Assembly (NCBI RefSeq): GCF_009914755.1 | Contig: NC_060925.1 | DNA from: the human T2T-CHM13v2.0 reference genome, Homo sapiens | DNA: 64,000 bases | Reading direction: 5' to 3' (one strand) | Translations under genes and position numbers: made by a program | Part shown: positions 1 to 11,900 of the stretch, in pieces | Position numbering within the stretch: the first letter of the stretch is position 1 | Layout: each line of letters starts with the position of its first letter | The notes under the pieces: generated by a model | The model's database searches: none | Told to the model about the DNA's origin: nothing | What the model saw: the letters and a program-made list of their open reading frames with translations, nothing else

Positions 1-56
1 GTTAGGAAACACTCTGTTTGTAAAGTCTGTAAGTGGATATTCTGACATCTTGTGGC

Positions 57-73
57 CTTCGTTGGAAACGGGA
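57..73 (+). promoter_or_regulatory. CENP-B box (first of ~189; repeated every 339-341 bp, last at 63972-63988)
   Basis: Exact match to the 17-bp consensus CTTCGTTGGAAACGGGA; recurs at 397, 737, 1077, 1417 and onward, once per dimer. Confidence 0.97.
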
Positions 74-98
74 TTTCTTCATATTCTGCTAGACAGAA

Positions 99-438
99 GA
101 ATTCTCAGTAACTTCCTTGTGTTGTGTGTATTCAACTCACAGAGTTGAAGGATCCTTTACAGAGAGCAGGCTTGAAACACTCTTTTTGTCGAATTTGCAA
201 GTGGAGATTTCAGCCGCTTTGAGGTCAATGGTAGAATAGGAAATATCTTCTTATAGAAACTAGACAAAATGATTCTCATGAACTCCTTTGTGATGTGTGC
301 GTTCAACTCACAGAGTTTAACCTTTCTTTTCATAGAGCAGTTAGGAAACACTCTGTTTGTAAAGTCTGCAAGTGGATATTCAGACCTCCTTGAGGCCTTC
401 GTTGGAAACGGGATTTCTTCATATTCTGCTAGACAGAA
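99..438. repeat. Representative 340-bp EcoRI alphoid dimer (type A, carries BamHI site GGATCC at 150-155)
   Basis: GAATTC at 99 and 439. Type-A markers are GAAGGATCC, AGAGAGCAGGC, TTTGTCGAAT, GAATAGG and CTTCTTATAG. Confidence 0.92.
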
Positions 439-1756
439 GAATTCTCAGTAACTTCCTTGTGTTGTGTTTATTCAACTCACAGAGTTGAATGATCCTTTAC
501 ACAGAGCAGACTTGAAACACTCTTTTTGTGGAATTTGCAAGTGGAGATTTCAGCCGCTTTGAGGTCAATGGTAGAAAAGTAAATATCTTCGTATAAAGAC
601 TAGACAGAATGATTCTCAGAAACTCCTTTGTGATGTGTGCGTTCAACTCACAGAGTTTAACCTTTCTGTTCATAGAGCAGTTAGGAAACACTCTGTTTGT
701 AAAGTCTGCAAGTGGATATTCAGACCTCCTTGAGGCCTTCGTTGGAAACGGGATTTCTTCATATTCTGCTAGACAGAAGAATTCTCAGTAACTTCCTTGT
801 GTTGTGTGTATTCAACTCACAGAGTTGAACGATACTTTACACAGAGCAGACTTGAAACACTCTTTTTGTGGAATTTGCAAGTGGAGATTTCAGCCGCTTT
901 GAGGTCAATGGTAGAAAAGGAAATATCTTCGTATAAAGACTAGACAGAATGATTCTCAGAAACTCCTTTGTGATGTGTGCGTTCAACTCACAGAGTTTAA
1001 CTTTTCTTTTCAAAGAGCAGTTAGGAAACACTCTGTTTGTAAAGTCTGCAAGTGGATATTCAGACCTCCTTGAGGCCTTCGTTGGAAACGGGATTTCTTC
1101 ATATTCTGCTAGACAGAAGAATTCTCAGTAACTTCCTTGTGTTGTGTGTATTCAACTCACAGAGTTGAACGATCCTTTACACAGAGCAGACTTGAAACAC
1201 TCTTTTTGTGGAATTTGCAAGAGGAGATTTCAGCCGCTTTGAGGTCAATAGTAGAAAAGGAAACATCTTCGTAGAAAAACTAGACAGAATGATTCTCAGA
1301 AACTCCTTTGTGATGTGTGTGTTCAACTCACAGAGTTTAACCTTTCTTTTCATAGAGCAGTTAGTAAACACTCTGTTTATAAAGTCTGCAAGTGGATATT
1401 CAGACCCCTTTGAGGCCTTCGTTGGAAACGGGATTTCTTCATATTATGCTAGACAGAAGAATTCTCAGTAACTTCCTTGTGTTGTGTGTATTCAACTGAC
1501 AGAGTTGAACTTTCATTTGGAGAGAGCAGATTTGAAACACTGTTTTTGTGGAATTTGCAAGTGGAGATTTCAAGCGCTTTGGGGCCAAAGGCAGAAAAGG
1601 AAATATCTTCGTATAAAAACTAGACAGAATCATTCTCAGAAACTGCTGCGTGATGTGTGCGTTCAACTCTCAGAGTTTAACCTTTCTTTTCATTCAGCGG
1701 TTTGGAAACACTCTGTTTGTAAAGTCTGCACGTGGATATTTTGACCACTTAGAGGC

Positions 1757-1773
1757 CTTCGTTGGAAACGGGT
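1757..1773 (+). promoter_or_regulatory. Variant CENP-B box of dimer type E (CTTCGTTGGAAACGGGT), one per higher-order unit
   Basis: The last base is A>T and is followed by a T-run. The essential core nTTCGnnnnAnnCGGGn is intact, so it is expected to remain bindable. Confidence 0.85.
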
Positions 1774-3199
1774 TTTTTTCATGTAAGGCTAGACAGAAGA
1801 ATTCCCAGTAACTTCCTTGTGTTGTGTGCATTCAACTCACAGAGTTGAACGTTCCCTTAGACAGAGCAGATTTGAAACACTCTATTTGTGCAATTTGCAA
1901 GTGTAGTTTTCAAGCTCTTTATGGTCAACGGCAGAAAAGGAAATATCTTCGTTTCAAAACTAGACAGAATCATTCCCACAAACTGCGTTGTGATGTGTTC
2001 GTTCAACTCACAGAGTTTAACCTTTCTGTTCATAGAGCAGTTAGGAAACACTCTGTTTGTAAAGTCTGTAAGTGGATATTCTGACATCTTGTGGCCTTCG
2101 TTGGAAACGGGATTTCTTCATATTCTGCTAGACAGAAGAATTCTCAGTAACTTCCTTGTGTTGTGTGTATTCAACTCACAGAGTTGAACGATCCTTTACA
2201 CAGAGCAGACTTGAAACACTCTTTTTGTGGAATTTGCAAGTGGAGATTTCAGCCGCTTTGAGGTCAATGGTAGAAAAGGAAACTATCTTCATATAAAGAC
2301 TAGACAGAATGATTCTCAGAAAATCTTTTGTGATGTGTGCGTTCAACTCACAGAGTTTAACTTTTCTTCTCATAGAGCAGTTAGGAAACACTCTGTTTGT
2401 AAAGTCTGCAAGTGGATATTCAGACCTCTTTGAGGCCTTCGTTGGAAACGGGATTTCTTCATATTCTGCTAGACAGAAGAATTCTCAGTAACTTCCTTGT
2501 GTTGTGTGTATTCAACTCACAGAGTTGAAGGATCCTTTACAGAGAGCAGGCTTGAAACACTCTTTTTGTCGAATTTGCAAGTGGAGATTTCAGCCGCTTT
2601 GAGGTCAATGGTAGAATAGGAAATATCTTCTTATAGAAACTAGACAGAATGATTCTCATAAACTCCTTTGTGATGTGTGCGTTCAACTCACAGAGTTTAA
2701 CCTTTCTTTTCATAGAGCAGTTAGGAAACACTCTGTTTGTAAAGTCTGCAAGTGGATATTCAGACCTCCTTGAGGCCTTCGTTGGAAACGGGATTTCTTC
2801 ATATTCTGCTAGACAGAAGAATTCTCAGTAACTTCCTTGTGTTGTGTTTATTCAACTCACAGAGTTGAATGATCCTTTACACAGAGCAGACTTGAAACAC
2901 TCTTTTTGTGGAATTTGCAAGTGGAGATTTCAGCCGCTTTGAGGTCAATGGTAGAAAAGTAAATATCTTCGTATAAAGACTAGACAGAATGATTCTCAGA
3001 AACTCCTTTGTGATGTGTGCGTTCAACTCACAGAGTTTAACCTTTCTGTTCATAGAGCAGTTAGGAAACACTCTGTTTGTAAAGTCTGCAAGTGGATATT
3101 CAGACCTCCTTGAGGCCTTCGTTGGAAACGGGATTTCTTCATATTCTGCTAGACAGAAGAATTCTCAGTAACTTCCTTGTGTTGTGTGTATTCAACTCA

Positions 3200-6100
3200 C
3201 AGAGTTGAACGATCCTTTACACAGAGCAGACTTGAAACACTCTTTTTGTGGAATTTGCAAGTGGAGATTTCAGCCGCTTTGAGGTCAATGGTAGAATAGG
3301 AAATATCTTCTTATAGAAACTAGACAGAATGATTCTCATAAACTCCTTTGTGATGTGTGCGTTCAACTCACAGAGTTTAACCTTTCTTTTCATAGAGCAG
3401 TTAGGAAACACTCTGTTTGTAAAGTCTGCAAGTGGATATTCAGACCTCCTTGAGGCCTTCGTTGGAAACGGGATTTCTTCATATTCTGCTAGACAGAAGA
3501 ATTCTCAGTAACTTCCTTGTGTTGTGTTTATTCAACTCACAGAGTTGAATGATCCTTTACACAGAGCAGACTTGAAACACTCTTTTTGTGGAATTTGCAA
3601 GTGGAGATTTCAGCCGCTTTGAAGTCAATGGTAGAAAAGTAAATATCTTCGTATAAAGACTAGACAGAATGATTCTCAGAAACTCCTTTGTGATGTGTGC
3701 GTTCAACTCACAGAGTTTAACCTTTCTGTTCATAGAGCAGTTAGGAAACACTCTGTTTGTAAAGTCTGTAAGTGGATATTCAGACCTCCTTGAGGCCTTC
3801 GTTGGAAACGGGATTTCTTCATATTCTGCTAGACAGAAGAATTCTCAGTAACTTCCTTGTGTTGTGTGTATTCAACTCACAGAGTTGAACGATCCTTTAC
3901 ACAGAGCAGACTTGAAACACTCTTTTTGTGGAATTTGCAAGTGGAGATTTCAGCCGCTTTGAGGTCAATGGTAGAAAAGGAAATATCTTCGTATAAAGAC
4001 TAGACAGAATGATTCTCATAAACTCCTTTGTGATGTGTGCGTTCAACTCACAGAGTTTAACTTTTCTTTTCATAGAGCAGTTAGGAAACACTCTGTTTGT
4101 AAAGTCTGCAAGTGGATATTCAGACCTCTTTGAGGCCTTCGTTGGAAACGGGATTTCTTCATATTATGCTAGACAGAATAATTCTCAGTAACTTCCTTGT
4201 TTTGTGTGTATTCAACTCACAGAGTTGAACGATCCTTTACACAGAGCAGACTTGAAACATTCTTTTTCTGGAATTTGCAAGTGGAGATTTCAGCCGCTTT
4301 GAGGTCAATGGTAGAATAGGAAATATCTTCCTATAGAAACTAGACAGAACGATTCTCAGAAACTCCTTTGTGATGTGTGCGTTCAACTCACAGAGTTTAA
4401 CCTTTCTTTTCATAGAGCAGTTAGGAAACACTCTGTTTGTAAAGTCTGCAAGTCGATATTCAGACCTCTTTGAGGTCTTCTTTGGAAACGGGATTTCTTC
4501 CTATTCTGCTAGACAGAAGAATTCCCAGTAACTTCCTTGTGTTGTGTGCATTCAAGTCACAGAGTTGAACGTTCCCTTAGACAGAGCAGATTTGAAACAC
4601 TCTATTTGTGCAATCTCCAAGTGTAGATTTCAAGCGCTTTAAGGTCAACGGCAGAAAAGGAAATATCTTCGTTTCAAAACTAGACAGAATCATTCCCACA
4701 AACTGCGTTGTGATGTGTACGTTCAACTCACAGAGTTTAACCTTTCTGTTCATAGAGCAGTTAGGAAACACTCTGTTTGTAAAGTCTGTAAGTGGATATT
4801 CTGACATCTTGTGGCCTTCGTTGGAAACGGGATTTCTTCATATTCTGCTAGACAGAAGAATTCTCAGTAACTTCCTTGTGTTGTGTGTATTCAACTCACA
4901 GAGTTGAACGATCCTTTACACAGAGCAGACTTGAAACACTCTTTTTGTGGAATTTGCAAGTGGAGATTTCAGCCGCTTTGAGGTCAATGGTAGAAAAGGA
5001 AACTATCTTCATATAAAGACTAGACAGAATGATTCTCAGAAAATCTTTTGTGATGTGTGCGTTCAACTCACAGAGTTTAACTTTTCTTCTCATAGAGCAG
5101 TTAGGAAACACTCTGTTTGTAAAGTCTGCAAGTGGATATTCAGACCTCTTTGAGGCCTTCGTTGGAAACGGGATTTCTTCATATTATGCTAGACAGAATA
5201 ATTCTCAGTAACTTCCTTGTGTTGTGTGTATTCAACTCACAGAGTTGAAGGATCCTTTACAGAGAGCAGGCTTGAAACACTCTTTTTGTCGAATTTGCAA
5301 GTGGAGATTTCAGCCGCTTTGAGGTCAATGGTAGAATAGGAAATATCTTCTTATAGAAACTAGACAGAATGATTCTCATAAACTCCTTTGTGATGTGTGC
5401 GTTCAACTCACAGAGTTTAACCTTTCTTTTCATAGAGCAGTTAGGAAACACTCTGTTTGTAAAGTCTGCAAGTGGATATTCAGACCTCCTTGAGGCCTTC
5501 GTTGGAAACGGGATTTCTTCATATTCTGCTAGACAGAAGAATTCTCAGTAACTTCCTTGTGTTGTGTTTATTCAACTCACAGAGTTGAACGATCCTTTAC
5601 ACAGAGCAGACTTGAAACACTCTTTTTGTGGAATTTGCAAGTGGAGATTTCAGCCGCTTTGAGGTCAATAGTAGAAAAGGAAATATCTTCGTAGAAAAAC
5701 TAGACAGAATGATTCTCAGAAACTCCTTTGTGATGTGTGTGTTCAACTCACAGAGTTTAACCTTTCTTTTCATAGAGCAGTTAGTAAACACTCTGTTTAT
5801 AAAGTCTGCAAGTGGATATTCAGAACCCTTTGAGGCCTTCGTTGGAAACGGGATTTCTTCATATTACGCTAGACAGAAGAATTCTCAGTAACTTCCTTGT
5901 GTTGTGTGTATTCAACTGACAGAGTTGAACTTTCATTTAGAGAGAGCAGATTTGAAACACTGTTTTTGTGGAATTTGCAAGTGGAGATTTCAAGCGCTTT
6001 GGGGCCAAAGGCAGAAAAGGAAATATCTTCGTATAAAAACTAGACAGAATCATTCTCAGAAACTGCTGCGTGATGTGTGCGTTCAACTCTCAGAGTTTAA

Positions 6101-8690
6101 CTTTTCTTTTCATTCAGCGGTTTGGAAACACTCTGTTTGTAAAGACTGCACGTGGATATTTTGACCACTTAGAGGCCTTCGTTGGAAACGGGTTTTCTTC
6201 ATGTAAGGCTAGACAGAAGAATTCCCAGTAACTTCCTTGTGTTGTGTGCATTCAACTCACAGAGTTGAACGTTCCCTTAGACAGAGCAGATTTGAAACAC
6301 TCTATTTGTGCAATTTGCAAGTGTAGATTTCAAGCGCTTTAAGGTCAATGGCAGAAAAGGAAATTTCTTCGTTTCAAAACTAGACAGAATCATTCCCACA
6401 AACTGCGTTGTGATGTGTTCGTTCAACTCACAGAGTTTAACCTTTCTGTTCATAGAGCAGTTAGGAAACACTCTGTTTGTAAAGTCTGCAAGTGGATATT
6501 CAGACCTCCTTGAGGCCTTCGTTGGAAACGGGATTTCTTCATATTCTGCTAGACAGAAGAATTCTCAGTAACTTCCTTGTGTTGTGTGTATTCAACTCAC
6601 AGAGTTGAACGATCCTTCACACAGAGCAGACTTGAAACACTCTTTTTGTGGAATTTGCAAGTGGAGATTTCAGCCGCTTTGAGGTCAATGGTAGAAAAGG
6701 AAATATCTTCGTATAAAGACTAGACAGAATGATTCTCAGAAACTCCTTTGTGATGTGTGCGTTCAACTCACAGAGTTTAACCTTTCTGTTCATAGAGCAG
6801 TTAGGAAACACTCTGTTTGTAAAGTCTGCAAGTGGATATTCAGACCTCTTTGAGGCCTTCGTTGGAAACGGGATTTCTTCATATTCTGCTAGACAGAATA
6901 ATTCTTAGTAACTTCCTTGTGTTGTGTGTATTCAACTCACAGAGTTGAACGATCCTTTACACAGAGCAGACTTGAAACATTCTTTTTGTGGAATTTGCAA
7001 GTGGAGATTTCAGCCGCTTTGAGGTCAATGGTAGAATAGGAAATATCTTCCTATAGAAACTAGACAGAACGATTCTCAGAAACTCCTTTGTGATGTGTGC
7101 GTTCAACTCACAGAGTTTAACCTTTCTTTTCATAGAGCAGTTAGGAAACACTCTGTTTGTAAAGTCTGCAAGTGGATATTCAGACCTCTTTGAGGACTTC
7201 GTTGGAAACGGGATTTCTCCCTATTCTGCTAGACAGAAGAATTCTCAGTAACTTCCTTGTGTTGTGTGTATTCAACTCACAGAGTTGAACGATCCTTTAC
7301 ACAGAGCAGACTTGAAACACTCTTTTTGTGGAATTTGCAAGTGGAGATTTCAGCCGCTTTGAGGTCAATAGTAGAAAAGGAAATATCTTCGTAGAAAAAC
7401 TAGACAGAATGATTCTCAGAAACTCCTTTGTGATGTGTGTGTTCAACTCACAGAGTTTAACCTTTCTTTTCATAGAGCAGTTAGTAAACACTCTGTTTAT
7501 AAAGTCTGCAAGTGGATATTCAGACCCCTTTGAGGCCTTCGTTGGAAACGGGATTTCTTCATATTATGCTAGACAGAAGAATTCTCAGTAACTTCCTTGT
7601 GTTGTGTGTATTCAACTGACAGAGTTGAACTTTCATTTAGAGAGAGCAGATTTGAAACACTGTTTTTGTGGAATTTGCAAGTGGAGATTTCAAGCGCTTT
7701 GGGGCCAAAGGCAGAAAAGGAAATAACTTCGTATAAAAACTAGACAGAATCATTCTCAGAAACTGCTGCGTGATGTGTGCGTTCAACTCTCAGAGTTTAA
7801 CTTTTCTTTTCATTCAGCGGTTTGGAAACACTCTGTTTGTAAAGTCTGCACGTGGATATTTTGACCACTTAGAGGCCTTCGTTGGAAACGGGTTTTTTTC
7901 ATGTAAGGCTAGACAGAAGAATTCCCAGTAACTTCCTTGTGTTGTGTGCATTCAACTCACAGAGTTGAACGTTCCCTTAGACAGAGCAGATTTGAAACAC
8001 TCTATTTGTGCAATTTGCAAGTGTAGATTTCAAGCGCTTTAAGGTCAACGGCAGAAAAGGAAATATCTTCCTTTCAAAAATAGACAGAATCATTCCCACA
8101 AACTGCGTTGTGATGTGTTCGTTCAACTCACAGAGTTTAACCTTTCTGTTCATAGAGCAGTTAGGAAACACTCTGTTTGTAAAGTCTGTAAGTGGATATT
8201 CTGACATCTTGTGGCCTTCGTTGGAAACGGGATTTCTTCATATTCTGCTAGACAGAAGAATTCTCAGTAACTTCCTTGTGTTGTGTGCATTCAACTCACA
8301 GAGTTGAACGATCCTTTACACAGAGCAGACTTGAAACACTCTTTTTGTGGAATTTGCAAGTGGAGATTTCAGCCGCTTTGAGGTCAATGGTAGAAAAGTA
8401 AATATCTTCGTATAAAGACTAGACAGAATGATTCTCAGAAACTCCTTTGTGATGTGTGTGTTCAACTCACAGAGTTTAACCTTTCTTTTCATAGAGCAGT
8501 TAGTAAACACTCTGTTTATAAAGTCTGCAAGTGGATATTCAGACCCCTTTGAGGCCTTCGTTGGAAACGGGATTTCTTCATATTATGCTAGACAGAAGAA
8601 TTCTCAGTAACTTCCTTGTGTTGTGTGTATTCAACTGACAGAGTTGAACTTTCATTTAGAGAGAGTAGTTTTGAAACACTCTTTTTGTGG
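3200..8690. repeat. Irregular, more divergent alpha satellite patch with scrambled dimer order and chimeric dimers
   Basis: Order is A'-B-C-H-F-G-A-D-E-F'-C-H-D-E-F-B/D-E/G rather than A-B-D-E-F-G. Dimer H (AAACATTC, CTTCCTATAG, GAACGATT) occurs only here (~4237, ~6957). Many private substitutions. Confidence 0.8.
4477..4493 (+). promoter_or_regulatory. Mutated, probably non-binding CENP-B box (CTTCTTTGGAAACGGGA)
   Basis: G>T at 4481 changes the essential TTCG core to TTCT. Confidence 0.85.
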
Positions 8691-8938
8691 AATTTGCAAG
8701 TGGAGATTTCAGCCGCTTTGAGGTCAATGGTAGAAAAGGAAACTATCTTCATATAAAGACTAGACAGAATGATTCTCAGAAAATCTTTTGTGATGTGTGC
8801 GTTCAACTCACAGAGTTTAACTTTTCTTCTCATAGAGCAGTTAGGAAACACTCTGTTTGTAAAGTCTGCAAGTGGATATTCAGACCTCTTTGAGGCCTTC
8901 GTTGGAAACGGGATTTCTTCATATTCTGCTAGACAGAA

Positions 8939-11900
8939 GAATTCTCAGTAACTTCCTTGTGTTGTGTGTATTCAACTCACAGAGTTGAAGGATCCTTTAC
9001 AGAGAGCAGGCTTGAAACACTCTTTTTGTCGAATTTGCAAGTGGAGATTTCAGCCGCTTTGAGGTCAATGGTAGAATAGGAAATATCTTCTTATAGAAAC
9101 TAGACAGAATGATTCTCATAAACTCCTTTGTGATGTGTGCGTTCAACTCACAGAGTTTAACCTTTCTTTTCATAGAGCAGTTAGGAAACACTCTGTTTGT
9201 AAAGTCTGCAAGTGGATATTCAGACCTCCTTGAGGCCTTCGTTGGAAACGGGATTTCTTCATATTCTGCTAGACAGAAGAATTCTCAGTAACTTCCTTGT
9301 GTTGTGTTTATTCAACTCACAGAGTTGAATGATCCTTTACACAGAGCAGACTTGAAACACTCTTTTTGTGGAATTTGCAAGTGGAGATTTCAGCCGCTTT
9401 GAGGTCAATGGTAGAAAAGTAAATATCTTCGTATAAAGACTAGACAGAATGATTCTCAGAAACTCCTTTGTGATGTGTGCGTTCAACTCACAGAGTTTAA
9501 CCTTTCTGTTCATAGAGCAGTTAGGAAACACTCTGTTTGTAAAGTCTGCAAGTGGATATTCAGACCTCCTTGAGGCCTTCGTTGGAAACGGGATTTCTTC
9601 ATATTCTGCTAGACAGAAGAATTCTCAGTAACTTCCTTGTGTTGTGTGTATTCAACTCACAGAGTTGAACGATCCTTTACACAGAGCAGACTTGAAACAC
9701 TCTTTTTGTGGAATTTGCAAGAGGAGATTTCAGCCGCTTTGAGGTCAATAGTAGAAAAGGAAACATCTTCGTAGAAAAACTAGACAGAATGATTCTCAGA
9801 AACTCCTTTGTGATGTGTGTGTTCAACTCACAGAGTTTAACCTTTCTTTTCATAGAGCAGTTAGTAAACACTCTGTTTATAAAGTCTGCAAGTGGATATT
9901 CAGACCCCTTTGAGGCCTTCGTTGGAAACGGGATTTCTTCATATTATGCTAGACAGAAGAATTCTCAGTAACTTCCTTGTGTTGTGTGTATTCAACTGAC
10001 AGAGTTGAACTTTCATTTGGAGAGAGCAGATTTGAAACACTGTTTTTGTGGAATTTGCAAGTGGAGATTTCAAGCGCTTTGGGGCCAAAGGCAGAAAAGG
10101 AAATATCTTCGTATAAAAACTAGACAGAATCATTCTCAGAAACTGCTGCGTGATGTGTGCGTTCAACTCTCAGAGTTTAACCTTTCTTTTCATTCAGCGG
10201 TTTGGAAACACTCTGTTTGTAAAGTCTGCACGTGGATATTTTGACCACTTAGAGGCCTTCGTTGGAAACGGGTTTTTTTCATGTAAGGCTAGACAGAAGA
10301 ATTCCCAGTAACTTCCTTGTGTTGTGTGCATTCAACTCACAGAGTTGAACGTTCCCTTAGACAGAGCAGATTTGAAACACTCTATTTGTGCAATTTGCAA
10401 GTGTAGTTTTCAAGCTCTTTAAGGTCAACGGCAGAAAAGGAAATATCTTCGTTTCAAAACTAGACAGAATCATTCCCACAAACTGCGTTGTGATGTGTTC
10501 GTTCAACTCACAGAGTTTAACCTTTCTGTTCATAGAGCAGTTAGGAAACACTCTGTTTGTAAAGTCTGTAAGTGGATATTCTGACATCTTGTGGCCTTCG
10601 TTGGAAACGGGATTTCTTCATATTCTGCTAGACAGAAGAATTCTCAGTAACTTCCTTGTGTTGTGTGTATTCAACTCACAGAGTTGAACGATCCTTTACA
10701 CAGAGCAGACTTGAAACACTCTTTTTGTGGAATTTGCAAGTGGAGATTTCAGCCGCTTTGAGGTCAATGGTAGAAAAGGAAACTATCTTCATATAAAGAC
10801 TAGACAGAATGATTCTCAGAAAATCTTTTGTGATGTGTGCGTTCAACTCACAGAGTTTAACTTTTCTTCTCATAGAGCAGTTAGGAAACACTCTGTTTGT
10901 AAAGTCTGCAAGTGGATATTCAGACCTCTTTGAGGCCTTCGTTGGAAACGGGATTTCTTCATATTCTGCTAGACAGAAGAATTCTCAGTAACTTCCTTGT
11001 GTTGTGTGTATTCAACTCACAGAGTTGAAGGATCCTTTACAGAGAGCAGGCTTGAAACACTCTTTTTGTCGAATTTGCAAGTGGAGATTTCAGCCGCTTT
11101 GAGGTCAATGGTAGAATAGGAAATATCTTCTTATAGAAACTAGACAGAATGATTCTCATAAACTCCTTTGTGATGTGTGCGTTCAACTCACAGAGTTTAA
11201 CCTTTCTTTTCATAGAGCAGTTAGGAAACACTCTGTTTGTAAAGTCTGCAAGTGGATATTCAGACCTCCTTGAGGCCTTCGTTGGAAACGGGATTTCTTC
11301 ATATTCTGCTAGACAGAAGAATTCTCAGTAACTTCCTTGTGTTGTGTTTATTCAACTCACAGAGTTGAATGATCCTTTACACAGAGCAGACTTGAAACAC
11401 TCTTTTTGTGGAATTTGCAAGTGGAGATTTCAGCCGCTTTGAGGTCAATGGTAGAAAAGTAAATATCTTCGTATAAAGACTAGACAGAATGATTCTCAGA
11501 AACTCCTTTGTGATGTGTGCGTTCAACTCACAGAGTTTAACCTTTCTGTTCATAGAGCAGTTAGGAAACACTCTGTTTGTAAAGTCTGCAAGTGGATATT
11601 CAGACCTCCTTGAGGCCTTCGTTGGAAACGGGATTTCTTCATATTCTGCTAGACAGAAGAATTCTCAGTAACTTCCTTGTGTTGTGTGTATTCAACTCAC
11701 AGAGTTGAACGATCCTTTACACAGAGCAGACTTGAAACACTCTTTTTGTGGAATTTGCAAGAGGAGATTTCAGCCGCTTTGAGGTCAATAGTAGAAAAGG
11801 AAACATCTTCGTAGAAAAACTAGACAGAATGATTCTCAGAAACTCCTTTGTGATGTGTGTGTTCAACTCACAGAGTTTAACCTTTCTTTTCATAGAGCAG

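Noticed and set aside
1729-1734. CACGTG E-box once per E dimer, reminiscent of yeast CDEI or bHLH sites
   Set aside because: It is a 6-mer made by one substitution (CAAGTG>CACGTG). The context GCACGTG does not match CDEI (RTCACRTG), and there is no evidence of function.
1757-1780. GC-containing segment followed by a T7 run, resembling an intrinsic or Pol III terminator
   Set aside because: There is no stem-loop and no upstream transcription unit; it is the E-type CENP-B box flank.
4171-4186. Loss of EcoRI site (AGAATAATTC) in some dimers as a special signal
   Set aside because: It is an ordinary subtype SNV, mostly after G dimers. It would only give 680-bp EcoRI fragments, a long-known property of this satellite.
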